From assembly GCA_964016885.1 (NCBI GenBank), contig OZ024743.1:372124001-372188000 (forward strand): 64,000 nucleotides of DNA, given 5' to 3'. This DNA comes from Eledone cirrhosa (Eukaryota). The notes under the pieces are model-generated. The model made no database searches and was not told the DNA's origin. It saw only the letters and a program-made list of their open reading frames with translations. Positions 1 through 12,596 of this stretch are shown here, one piece after another. A program made the position numbers and the translations under genes. Within the stretch, counting starts at the first letter, position 1. Each line of letters begins with the position of its first letter.

Positions 1-236
1 TTCATGATCATCAGGGCATGAGTTTGATTCCTGAGCAGAATGATACATTGTGTTCTTGAGCAATATACTTCATTCATTTTATGTTACTTTTCATAAGAGG
101 ACTGGGGCTGCTATCATCAAAATACATAAGAAACCTCCTATGAGATGAAACCTCATAGGCAGCCAGCTAAACCATAAAAATGATGGATAGGATGGAAGAA
201 AGTAAAGGATGAACGAAGTAACAGGAAGATAGTTAC

Positions 237-374
237 CTTTAGGTTTCCCTGTTGTCCCTGATGAATAAGCTATGTAAGCCAGGTTACACCAATCCATTGA
301 TATGGGCACCATGTGAGTAGACTCTTTGGCTTGAATTAGATCATTCAAATCTACAATAATTACATCAGCATTGT
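237..374 (-). CDS. NRPS-like gene, third coding exon with AMP-binding P-loop (LAYIAYSSGTTGKPKG); gene continues beyond the window start
   Basis: ttttcag acceptor at 376-375, 138 nt, gtaac donor at 236, phase 1/1. Contains the A3 motif YSSGTTGKPKG. Confidence 0.9.
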
Positions 375-779
375 CTGAAAAACAATTTTGAAAGTTAATA
401 AAAATCAACAACAGTAACAACAATAATGGTTTATTACATAGGCAAAAGGTCATTTTGAATGGTGGTACAGTCAATTATATCGACCTCCCTCCCCAGTACT
501 CATCTGATACATATTTTTATTGACCCTGGAAGGAGCAATGTTGACCACAGCAAGATTTGAACTTAGACTGTAAATAGTTGGAATAAGTGTTGCAAAGCAT
601 TTTGTCTAATTGTCTGCCAATTCTACCAGTTTATTAGCCATCTAAATAGTCATTAACGTTTTTGTGAATATATTTTTTATTGAAATACACTAGCAGAGGT
701 ACCCGGTGTTGCCCGGTATAACTCAATGGAGTAGTCGTTCAAATGAACTGAAAGACTTCCGTTAAACACAACTATAGAA

Positions 780-1095
780 GTAACAATTTATAGGTGTTGG
801 CCCTAAAGAGGACCTTTGAACGTTCACTTTGAAATATCTCTACGGCGGTGCTGCCAGCAAAGATGAATCCGATGGTAACAATTTAAAGTTGGTGGCTCTA
901 AAGAGGACCTTTGAACGTTCACTTTGAAATATCTCTGCGGCGGTGCTGCCAGCAAAGAATAATCCGATGGTAACAATTTAAAGTTGGTGGCCCTAAAGAG
1001 GGCCTTTGAACGTTCACTTTGAAATATCTCAGCGGCGGTGCTGCAGCAAAGATGAATCCGATGGTAACAATTTAAAGTTGGTGGCCCTAAAGAGA
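780..1095. repeat. ~95-bp tandem repeat (~3 copies) inside the Helitron
   Basis: ccctaaagaggacctttgaacgttcactttgaaatatctc...gatgaatccgatggtaacaatttaaagttggtgg recurs at ~800, ~895 and ~990. Confidence 0.9.
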
Positions 1096-1538
1096 GTCTT
1101 GGATTGTTCATTCTTAAAAGTCCCAGCAGCAGAACTGTCAGCAAAGATGACTCCGATTAGAGGTGGTGGCCCTTAAGAAGTCCTTCACACCACTTTGGTG
1201 TGTCATATTTGCTTTGCTTGTTAATTGAGATTGTAACCTAGAAAGCATGTAACAGTGGGTGGCCACAAAAACGGACCCTGGCAAGATCACGCTGGAATGT
1301 CAAAAAAATGTGTAAATAAGATGGAGGGAAAAGTAGATTAATTAGGTTAAAACTACGGAACATCGATAGCAAAGCATATAAATGAGGAAAACGGAGACAT
1401 TGAACATTTATAACGTATAGCAAAAGCAACCTCAGAGGCGTATGTGGTATTATCAAAATGACAAAAATAGCACACAGATACAGCAAATGTAAGCACTTAT
1501 ACAAAAAAAAACCGATTACTTGTTGGCGGATGGGGTGC

Positions 1539-2078
1539 CTACAAAACTTCCTTATAGACTATATTTTGGCTTTTCTCGAGAGTTGCAAAAGAAAATAGGT
1601 TATGTCGGCTCCCCACTCGAGAGCAGCCAACATATAGTTGACCATGGGAGAAGCACGGTTCTTCTAAATTAAGCCCTACGACCGTCAGCGTCTGATACTG
1701 TGATGTGTTAATTGAAATGGCGAAACTGAGCCGGAGAGGGAATTGCAGCCTTCTGAATGTGAAAGGAATATCTTTACCGGATGGAATGAGAGGTATCCTT
1801 GGTATGAAGACAGTATCCCCCTTACCACATCCTGTAAGTATTGTTGCCTCAATAACATGAGGCACTGTCTTTTGGCGGACCAGACGCGTGCCGTTGGAAA
1901 GCCTTCGGAGTTCCAATTTCCTGAGGAGCATGACAAGGGCACCTTTCTTAAGTCGCAGTAAGTGTGGTGGCAATCCAGGAGGGTCTAGGGAGTTAAGAAA
2001 TTCTGTGGGGTAATTAACAACTTCATCCGGATCAGCCATAGTGTCAAGGGACTTGTAGACGTGCAGGTTTCCAGGCAA
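1539..2078 (-). pseudogene. Helitron RepHel PIF1-type helicase, C-terminal fragment
   Basis: YPTEFLNSLDPPGLPPHLLRLK, NGTRL, RIPLIP, RRLQFPLRLSFAISIN, FSHGQLYVGCSRV are PIF1/Helitron helicase motifs; no Rep domain seen. Confidence 0.9.
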
Positions 2079-4502
2079 GCACAGTGTAATCGGAAGAGGG
2101 GTCGTAGTTAAAGGCCTTCAACAACCATCGTGAATTGCAAGTCCTAGAAATGCCACGTAACGATGATCGCCGCTGTTCATTTTCCAGAAGTCGGCCACAT
2201 TGTTGTTCTATGGTTTCAGTATTTTCGTGCAGCAGCAGTGGCAGCGGCGTCCCTGCTTCATCGAACGGCGCGTCGTCCTACTTCCTCTCGAGCGCGAGTA
2301 GCAGCAGTTGTGGCAACATCTTTGTTCCGTCAAAGTTCATGCTGACTGTCATCCTCCTCCACTCTTGCAGCTGCCGTCTGCACAGCATTCTGTGAGAGCC
2401 TGATCGCAGTCGCATTTACTCCTTCAGTGAGACGCCTTCGCTTAGATAATCGACCAATGAAAGTTCTTTTCTTGGGGGGGGGGGGGGGGGGGGGGCATTG
2501 TTTTTAGAAAATTAACCAGGGAGAACGATAAATAGTGGACAAGTAACGTTTAAGTAAGCAAATCTAAACACGGATATAAATTGTGAAAAAATGTGATGAA
2601 TCAATGTGGTCTGAGAAAGTGGGTATGTTTTGCAAGATTTTGTGTACCAGTCAAATTTCAGGTTTTAAGTTTGGGGCAACACAGCGTACGGACTACCTGT
2701 GATAAAGGACATTAAATAGTGTGGCTACAGTGGTAGGTATATAAGTGTCAGTATGTTTCTTCAATTCGAACATAGCAATAAGTAAGTACTAACCATTGAA
2801 AGGATACAGGCAAAAATGGCCGAAAAATCACATGATAAACTGGAACCTTATGACCATAAACACATTAACTAAACCTCCTTTAAGGTGACAAATGTTGAAG
2901 AAATATGGGGTAGCTTATGAGAGTACGCATGTAAAAAAACCTACCACTTGTCAAAAGCCAAAAAAGAAGTGTGATCCTAGGTCGGACTTGACCAGTATAA
3001 ATAGGAGTGATTTCGCTTAATGAACAACAATCGAGTTATCTGATTGGTTAGATAATACAAATAAGTGTGATGAAATCCACTGAACACAACTCACTGATGT
3101 GTGGTTGGCCAGAGGTTGCCATTTCACACTTAATTGAGGTGCAGTTAAACGGGGGAGACAACCAGGTGCAAAAACTAATCAATCATTCGCACAGTTTAGG
3201 CATGAAATAGGAGTGAAATAGGAGAATCCCCATACAGTAGGGATTAAAATTTACACCTGGGTTAAATCACGCTTTCTTGGTTAGGAGGGTGAAATGACGT
3301 CAAAGTTCAAGGAAAAAAATTTAACTCCCCATTCCGCACTTAATTGTGGTGCAATTACACGGGGGAGACAACTAGGTGCAAAATTAAATTCAATCATCCT
3401 AAAGTTAACTAATCAAACTAAAGTTAAGTCAGGGGGATTTAAAATTTTGCTACTCCACCTGTAGGACATGAGTAACCGATGCGTCAACTTTCGTTTAAAT
3501 TGACTTTTATTTCCAGAAGTTGAAATACTTTGCTGCAACCATAATATGAACTTTAAAAGTGGCCCAAAGGGCTCACTGCTCTCCCCAGAGGGTTTCCTTG
3601 CAAAATTCAAGTGATAACAAATGTGTGGTGCTTTATCTTATGGCAGGCAATAAACATTTCATTTAGTTTTTGTAAGAATCAAGTATAACCTCCTGAGGTT
3701 ATGGTGCTTTTTTTATTGTGGCAGTTTGAAATTTTATAGGTTAATGGATTGGGACTATTGTCCCCGAGGAGGTCCTCTTGCTGAATTGAAATTAAAGTAA
3801 ATGTGCCTCACTGTATCTTCATCTGTAGTACATGAATAACAACTAAGTCGTTTTATTGGACTACCAATTATCAAAGCTATGACGCTTTGCTGCATTACAA
3901 TAGCCAAATTCAATAAATGACCCACCGGGGCTTACTGCCCCCTGGGGGTCACCTTGCTTGTTCCGGGTAAAGACAGTGTCTTCAACATCATCTTTAGGCA
4001 ATGGGTAACAAATGTGACCGGTAAAGTTAAAATCGAACGTAAACTTCAAAAGTTATCAGGTACTAATAGTGTTAATGTGAACTTCAATAGATAAATCGAA
4101 GGGGCTTACTCCCCCCCCCCTCCCGCGGGTCCCCTTGATAAGTTCAAGTAAAATTTCATGTGTTCACCTTCCTTTATAAGCCATGGGTAACCAATCAGTC
4201 TCGGTTCGTGAAAATCAAACACCAACTCAAGCAGTTATGACATTTTATTGCATTGATGATATCAACTTCAACATTCATCAAGTCAGTTTACTGCCCCCCA
4301 ATTTCTGTGCAAGTGCATGCCTGCAAACCTATGTATGAAATTTGGTGCAAATCGGTTGTAAAATGTAGAAATGCATGCGGTTACACAAACAGACAGACAT
4401 CTTCTGTTTTATATATATAGATTACTTGTGCATTTCAATAAATTTTGAAAATGATCAATGAAAAATTAGAGATATTTAATAAAATGATTAACATTTTCCT
4501 TA

Positions 4503-4733
4503 TTTAGCCCTTAAACCACTTCTGATTGTATGATACTAAGCCGTTTATTTAAGACTTTTCATTTCATCATAATTTTATGTGAGGGCCTTTGTTAAGTTAT
4601 TTTCCAAACACCAATTTAATAATGAAAAAGTTAGTAATATTACTAAATCCTTCAAAATTCTCGATTATTTTCATAATGATTTCAAAATTACAGAGGTTGT
4701 CTTTCATAAAAATATATTTATGAAAGGGTTAAG
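4503..4733. mobile_element. Degenerate AT-rich MITE-like repeat (relatives at ~9216-9440 and ~12303-12520)
   Basis: Shared core atttcatcataattttatgt...aaacacca..ttaataatga.aaagttagt; ends resemble ttaaccc / gggttaa. Confidence 0.45.
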
Positions 4734-5056
4734 CTAATGTTTGGAACATAACATGAGAAAAGGTTCTTTATAAAATTATGATGTACAATTTTAGTTTAAA
4801 TAGAATTAGAAGTTTATTTTTTATCATTGGAATCAGATGTATGTTGGTTAAGATTGCTTATGTTGGTAGCTGCTTTTGGTGTATGTACAGTTTGATTCCT
4901 TACTGGCAAATGAAAGAGTGAATGGGTGAGAGAGAGAGAGAGAGAGAGAGAGTAAAAGGGAGAGAGAGAGGGGGGGAGTAATAGAAAGAAGGAAAGAGTA
5001 AAAGAGAGAGACAGAAAAAGAGAAAGATTAAAAAAAAATAGAAATATAAAATTTAC

Positions 5057-5173
5057 CTGGAAGTCTGTTCCTGAGTTGCTGTGTACTAAGTGCACATTTT
5101 GGTTCTGCCTCATCAATAATGGAATTTATTAGCTTCTCTGGGAAAGAAATGTCTAAAGGCAAGTAAGCACCAC
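5057..5173 (-). CDS. NRPS-like gene, second coding exon (GGAYLPLDISFPEKLINSIIDEAEPKCALSTQQLRNRLP)
   Basis: Translated by hand (not in ORF track): tttatag acceptor, 117 nt, gtaaat donor, phase 1/1. Completes the A2 motif LKAGGAYLPLD with exon 1. Confidence 0.9.
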
Positions 5174-5604
5174 CTATAAAAACAAATCAACAGTAAGATG
5201 GAGGAAACTAATTATATTTTTTAATACTATTAATCCCACCATTAACCCTTTCATTACCATATGATGTGAGAAAGGTCTGACAGCTATTTCTAGTGAATTG
5301 GGGCTTTCTTGTTGACTGTTTTACATCTAGGAAAACTGACCCATGTAGAATAAAGTTTACTAAGGCTTGAACTCATAACCCTAAGGTCAGGAATCCAGTA
5401 TCTTAAACTCGTGCTAGCATGAACCATGTTTCTCATGTTCTTGAGAAAGATATGAATGTTATAATTTTTCATTTTTATAACAGGAAAGAAAAGGAGCTGA
5501 TTGTCAGAATTACCCAAGAGAACTATGTTTCCATGCTAATACACTTTGGCAGTCACAACTACAATTCAAGAAAATGTTTATAAATAATTTCATTTTCTAC
5601 ATAC

Positions 5605-5851
5605 CTGCTTTTAATATAGCTAAATAGGAAACAGTGTATTCCAAACTTTTTTCCATATAAATTGCAACTGCTGTATTTGGCACCACACCCTTGTTATGTA
5701 AAATATTTGCCAAAACATCTGTGCACTGATCCAGTTCTTGAAAAGTGATTGTTTCTCCTTTGATGCCATATACTGCAATATCATATGGTGTTCTTTTAAC
5801 TTGTTCCTGAAAGAGTTCATGCAGTAGAGGCTGCTCTGATTGGAAAGCCAT
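5605..5851 (-). CDS. NRPS-like adenylation-domain gene, first coding exon (MAFQSEQPLLHELFQEQVKRTP...YLAILKAG)
   Basis: ORF 5597..5851 has A-domain N-terminal motifs (LHELFQEQVKRTP, A1-like ITFQELD, A2 LKAG). GT donor at 5604 (phase 1). AG acceptor at 5872-5871 and an in-frame TGA two codons before the ATG support 5851 as the start codon. Confidence 0.9.
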
Positions 5852-5919
5852 GTTTCAGAAATGTTGTTGACTGTAATAAAAGAAGAATTAATTTTAAAAT
5901 AAAGATAACAAAAATAATA

Positions 5920-6090
5920 GGTATAGGCATGAATGTGTGGTTAAGGAGTTTGCTTTGCAGCCAAATGGTTCAAGATTCAGTTCCATAGAACAACAGCTTG
6001 GTCAAGTGTCTTTTACTATAGTCTCAGGTTGACCAATGCCTTGTGAGTGTAATTTGGTAGATAGAAACTAAAGAAGCTCATAGTATATAT
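5920..6090 (+). mobile_element. Degenerate tRNA-derived SINE followed by an RTE-type 3' tail (to ~6295)
   Basis: Head gtgtggttaagg...ggttcaagattcagttcca; 6110-6295 resembles the tail of the RTE element at 39630-39810 and ends in (GAT)n. Confidence 0.55.
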
Positions 6091-7689
6091 ATGTAGGTAA
6101 CACGGTAAAAAGCTCCCAGTCCACACTGTAAATGTGGTTGGTGTTAGGAAGGGCATCCAACTGTAGAAAACCTGCCAGATAGTCCTATACGAGCGAGACA
6201 TGGTCACCCGACCAATCTTGCCTCAAGTGGGACAATTCCCGTCTAACCCATACTAGCGTGGAAGATAGACGTTAAATGATGATGATGATGATGATGATAT
6301 ATATATGTGTGTGTGTGTGCATGTGTTTGAGCCACCATGTCAGTATTTACATTTGTGTTTGTATTTATGTCCTGTAACTTAGCAGTTCAACAAAAAAAAA
6401 AACATTGATAAAATGAAAAAATAGACTTGAAAAAAATAAGTACTAGGGCCAATATGATAGACTAAACCAAGGCAGTTCCCCTCGCACAGTCTCTGTTAAA
6501 CGACTGAAACTAGTAAAGAAATGTACAATTATATTGAATCCCAGTACATAATTGGTACTTTATTGAAATAAAACAAAGTTGACTGGAATGAAAGGCACAG
6601 TTGATATAGGCAGGATTTGAACACAGAACATAAAAGTCAGAACAAACACCATAAAAGATTTTGTCTGATAGTTGGCTCAGGTATATAATATTGAATTTCC
6701 TCTTTGTAGGCTTTTGACATTTTTTATTTTTTACTGAAACTGCATTAGCAAAACATTCTTGAAGGTACTCTACAGCAATATAAGTGCATCACATGAATAA
6801 TTAAAGCTTTTTCTCTAATAATGCAATGATTTGTCCACTAGTAAAGATATTATAAACATTTGAATTGACAAACCTGTTTTTAGATGTTTTCTGCTAAATC
6901 ATAACAGGATATTATGAGTTAATAGTATTAGGTGTAAGGCGAACCGATTTGATACATTTTACTGTGAAGCAAAATAAAAGAGTAAACTCAATAGTGGATG
7001 CACATCTATATATTATAAATTACTGCGATTCTGTCACAACATGTAAAGAGAGAGTAGTTTGACTACCTCATACTACACCTCTGACTTTATGTCTACTGTC
7101 TGCATGAATGTATGTGTGCGTAAAAGGAAGGAAGGGGATGGTGAAAAAACTACGCTGTGTATGAGTATATGTGTGTTTGTGTAAATGTATGTGTGTTTGT
7201 GTAAATGTATGTGTGTTTGTGTAAATGTATGTGTGTTTGTGTGAATGTATGTCTGTGAGTGTATATTTTTGTAAGTGTGACTGTGTTTGTATTTTTATAT
7301 TTATATACTCATACACAAACGCACACATATATGCATATGCATATGCATATGCACACATATATGCATATGTTTAAAAAATTCTAGTTTAATAAATTGCTTA
7401 AATGACATTACTAATTAATAAGAATATATATGAGTGTATTGTTCAAGCCTTAATTATGCATATTGAAAAGAAAACCTGTTACCAAAACATGCATATATAT
7501 ATATATATATATACACATTAGGCGATTTAGTGATCTCTCTCTATAATTCTTGGTCTGTCTTTTTAGATAGATACATAGATATAACATCGCGCCCTTATCT
7601 GTTAGAACACGAAAAGTGTGAAACAACAGAATGTTCACTTTGCGTGTTCTAACATATATGCCTAACTTCTTCATAAATTTTCTATGCTA

Positions 7690-8850
7690 AGTGTCTGGCA
7701 AAAAGTCTATGCTAAGTGTCTGGCAAAAAGAGTCCAAGCTAGCTGATGAACAGTTTGGTTTTTGTTTCCAATGCAGCACAGCCAACCAAATATTCACACT
7801 GCAACAGGTCTTCAAGAAATCATGGGAGTATTGCCAAGAGGTACATTCATGTTTTGTCAACCTTGAAAAGGCAAATAACCACATTCCTTGGGACCTGCTG
7901 TGGGAGGTTCTGCAGGAGTATGTGATCTATGTCCAGCTTCTTGCTGCCCTGATGTCTCTATACGAATGCCCCAAGTATTTGTGTTCGGATAAATGGTGCT
8001 AAATCGAAACTATTCATTACTTACATGAACAGAATTGACATGCACAGCTGGGTTGGAGGTGGTATCATAACTGGTGGGTGTAAAATCAGTTGGCTGGAAT
8101 TTGCAGACGACATTGTGTTACTAGGTTTGATGCTGAGTACTGTATGGATGGAATGAAAATCAGGGCTGTGACAACTGAGACACTCATCTCCTCAAGTAAG
8201 GCTGTGCAGCTCACTGCACATGCGAATGGTGTTCCACTGAAGCAGGTGGAGAAGTTCAAGTACTTTGGGACCATGTTCACAAGTGATGGAAGGCAGGAGG
8301 CTGAATTAAGTGCAAGAATTGCAGGAGCTGGTGAGTAATGTGCCAGCTTCAGTATTCAGTAATTAGAAGAAGGGAGGTAGGCATTAAAGCCAAACTCACT
8401 GTCTTCAATTCGCTATTTTTGCCAACCTTTACCTATGTTCATGAATCTTGGGAAATTACTGAAAGAATACGATCATGAATGCACGCAGCAAAAATGGGGT
8501 TACTCTGAAGCTTGGAGATCAGAGAGTCACTCCAGGTAGAGCTGCTACTTTTACAAATTGAGAGATCACAGCTCTGTTACTATGAGCATATGGTTAGAAT
8601 GTCTCAGGAAAGAATCGCCAGACAGATTTTATGTGCAAAACCAACTGGCGGGAGACCCAAGGGTAGACCTGATCAAGATGGCTGGATAACATCCATGAAC
8701 TTGGCTGGTCTCACTTGGGGGGGGGGGGGGGGGGGGGGCGGTCGGATCAGTTGGAGGTGATTGCTTCTGACAGGAACCACTGGAAGGAGTATTTGAAGAC
8801 TCTGACTCCACGGCCCTCTCAGAAATAAGTGGGTGAAGAGGAAGAAGATT
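7690..8850 (+). mobile_element. Decayed RTE-like LINE (RT and C-terminal part)
   Basis: ORF fragments QFGF...STANQIFTLQQV, VEKFKYFG, IERSQLCYYEHMVRM, RPKGRP; many stops and frameshifts. Confidence 0.8.
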
Positions 8851-11800
8851 TTCAAAACATTTTGAAAATAATCATGGAAACATTATAGGATAGAGAGCAC
8901 TCTACAGTTTGGCTGAACATATGACAACCTCTTTAGTGCTGCTTTCCCAATAAAATGCACTCAGTACACTCTGTAAAATGATAGTGCTGATGCCACACTA
9001 ATCTGCTTCTGGTACCTTCTGTTAGGTGGTTTGTATTAGGAAGAACATCCAGCTTTAGAAACCATGCTAAATATGAAACATCTGGGCAAGACCTGGTTCT
9101 CCAGCCAACCTTGTCAGGGCCCATGGCAACTCATCCAAACTTTGCTTTATGGCAACTGAAGTTAAGCCCTGGTTCTTCAAGCCCTCTCAGAACTACAAAT
9201 AATGTGTGTGTGATTATAACCTTTTGTTACCAAAATGCCTAAAACTACCCTTCATTCTATAATACTGTTCATTTTAAAATGTTTATATTTATTTAAAAAC
9301 ATTTCATCATAATTTTATGTAAGAAAGTTTGATATCTTATGTTTCAAACACCAGCTTAATAATGAGAAAGTTAGTTATATTACTAAAGCACTCAAATGTG
9401 TTGATTATTTTCAAAATGATTTGAAAATTGTTGGCAATCTTCTTCTTACTCTTCACCCACCAAGAGAGAGGCATGGAAAGACTGAAAAAATGGGGGCAGC
9501 ATTGAACAGTATCAAGTAGCTAAAAGATAATCTAGATGACAGGTTTACATAGCATGTAAAGAAGCTGAAAGTAGGAGGATTGTCAAAACTCTGCAATGTG
9601 AGGATCAGAAGGAGGTAAAATTTTAACTCAAAACATTCAAGCTGAGCAAATATCACAAAGCACCCTATTTGATTCATTCATCCACTCCACCACACCCTGG
9701 ATTGGTTCTTTATTAATTAATTAACTAATCCTGTGAGGATGAAATAGAATTTGAACTCAGTCTACAGGGAGCCAGAACAAACTACTACTGAGGCATTTAA
9801 CTCGATACCTTACCAACCCTGCTAATTTACCACTCATAACATCTAATATCAGTGAGTGCAGTTATCTGAACTTCTTCCACTTCCTCTGGAAGTCTATATG
9901 CAATATACTATCACCAGACCTGTCTCTTGAATTAACACTTGTATATTTGACCTTAGTTGCTTTCAATAAGTTTACCAGATGTTTGAACAGTGGAACACCC
10001 TGCTTTAATGTAGTTTTCAGAGTAACTCTGTGTGACACAGTGACAAGGCTGACCTTTTGAATTACAGGTATAACTCATTTTCACCAGCTGTATGGACTGG
10101 AGCAATGTGAAATAAAGTGTCTTGTTCAAGGACACAAGACGTTGCTAGTAATAAAACTCATCAGTCATGAACCAAATATTGTAACCTCTAAGCTACACAC
10201 TTCTGCAGTACTAGTGTTTATTACTGAGGTCACTGACCTATGTGCTACACTTAACCGACTAGGCATTTGATCAGTTTTCAGTTCATGGTGTAGAGAATTT
10301 TGTAATTTTCTAATTATTAGATGCTGCTGATGCTGTTATTGTCACTGATGTCGCTACTATTGCGGCTCTGCTGATGATGATGGTAATGGTAACGGTAGTA
10401 ATGGTAATAGTCTTAAAGTGTGTTTTACTAACAAGATATATTGTAAGGGTGATTTGATTGGTTGAAATGGGAAACAAACAAAGCAAATACAACTTGGAAA
10501 TATTTATTGATTTCCCATAAAGCTGCAGCTCTTTTAAGCATGTGAAAAAGAAGTGTCTACACATGTGTACATACATATATATATGCATGTCTACATTTTT
10601 TTTTTCATTTTTATAATGAACAAACCTTTCTTTAGTATTTTTTGTATTGATTTTCTAGTTAACAATTAGATAGTGTTTCTCTGAGATAAAAAACCCGAAA
10701 AGTTGGGTTAAGTGGAAGTAAAATAAAACATTATTAAAAACCAAAGCAAAAGCAATCCACCCTCACTATATTAGGTTTCAATTAGCTATTTATTTATTTA
10801 TTTATCTATTTAGTAAATTATTTTATTTTTGCAATTTGTTATTTCATTTGGTAGAATTAGTTAGCAATTTATTCCACTACGAAAATGTAAAAATAAAACA
10901 AGAACAGAATAGAAATGAAAAAATAAAAGTACAAAATAAAACAAACAAAACAACAAAACAAAGGAGCACACAAACATATATAAACAAAATCAATAAATGT
11001 ATCTACATTCTCTCTTTGAAAACTCAGGTCTGCAGTTAACGTAGGAGTTACATAGTGAAATTTCCCCTATATGCTAATCTGCACACTTTGTGTACATCTC
11101 AATGAAAGAAATCTTTATAACTGTGTCTTAAGTCTCCATTTCTCCTCTTTTTCTTCATTTAGCTTAGCTTTTTGTCCTTATTGACTAGTTTCTTTATCTT
11201 GTATTTCTTCTTTCTATCTTTAATTTCTTTTTTTTTCTTCTTGTTTTACCATTCCATTTTTAACCCTCTTATTCTCTCTCTCTTTCCCTTCTGTGTATTT
11301 TGCTTTCTTTCTCGGCCTGTTTAATTTTTTTTCTGATTATATCTTTTTCAATCTCCCTCGTTGTCTCATTCTCTTGTTCTCTCATTCTCAATCTGCTTTT
11401 CTGTCCTTTGCTTACTCTCTATACGTCTCTCTCTCTCTCTCTCTGTCCATTTGTTTTCTCTTTCTCTCTCTTCTCTGTTTTTCAGTTGTAAAATAAGTAT
11501 GAAGTAAACACTGTCCAACAGACAATTATTTATTCCTTTTGACTAAATCACACAAGTCTGTTGAACCTCCATAAGTTCTGACAAGTGTTTCAGTTGTTTG
11601 ACCAAGGGAACAACCTGTTACATGAAATTAACATGCAAGTGACTGAGCATTCTAAAAACACGTACTCACTTAATGTAGTTCTCAGGGTGATTCTGCATGA
11701 CACAATGCATGACAAGACTGGTCCTTTGCAACTAATTTTTGCCAGTTGAGTTGATTGGAGCAATGTAGAATAAAATGTCTTGCTGAAGGACACCATGCAT

Positions 11801-12555
11801 TGCCAGGAATTGAACTCATGACCTTATGATTGTGAACCAAACAAACACCTTAGTGAAACAACTACAAAAATTCCACTAAGCCCACTGAGAAAAAGAAATA
11901 CATAAAAGACAGTAAAGAAAGCCAAACTGTGCAAAAATACTTAGAGCAATCACAAATACCAAACTGATCAAAGAGAAAGAAACATTAACAATGATGTACA
12001 AACAATACATTAGATCCATCATAAACTATGTCGTTCCGAGCCTCGTTTCCAATCTCTCCACATCAAACCACAATAAACTACAGAGAACACAATACTATGT
12101 ACTAACAGATTCTTCACAGACGACATTCACACAACCATCTACATGTTGAAAAACAAAAATACTAAAAATTAAAGACCATATGAACATACATGTAATAGGT
12201 ACAATTTATTGTTGCAAGTTCTATTTCTCAACTATCCCTGTCTTTACATGAAAACCACCAGACAAGCATAAGGAACTCATCCATGTCAGATGCATCTTAT
12301 TGCTTAACTCTTTTAATATCAAGCCTGCCAAAACCGGCTCCTGTTCTATGAAACAAAACTTCCTATTCCAAAGTGTCCCTATTTAAATTAAAATCTTTCC
12401 AACATAATTTTATATTAAAAATAATAATGAATTAATTAATAATTTTAGTAAATCCACCAAAATTCTCCAATAATTAATTAAAATAGTGTGCATATCATTA
12501 GAAATCTAGTCATGTCACGATTAAAAAAGAAAACTCTTGGTGTATCTCACAACCA

Positions 12556-12595
<40 letters not shown>

Positions 12596-12596
12596 T

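Larger units (their letters stand above)
690..4421 (-). mobile_element. Non-autonomous or deleted Helitron in the intron of the NRPS-like gene
   Basis: On the minus strand: 5' end A|TCTATATATATAAAA at 4421; 3' end with a GC-rich hairpin-like motif (ccgggcaacaccggg) followed by CTAG|T at 693-690; inserted in an AT dinucleotide; contains a PIF1 helicase fragment. Confidence 0.85.

Noticed and set aside
91-474. 127-aa ORF as a complete protein with a signal peptide
   Set aside because: Only 237-374 is exon; the hydrophobic flanks are intron read-through.
824-1144. Repetitive ORF and CRISPR-like periodicity
   Set aside because: Tandem ~95-bp units with no unique spacers, inside a Helitron; no cas genes; eukaryotic context.
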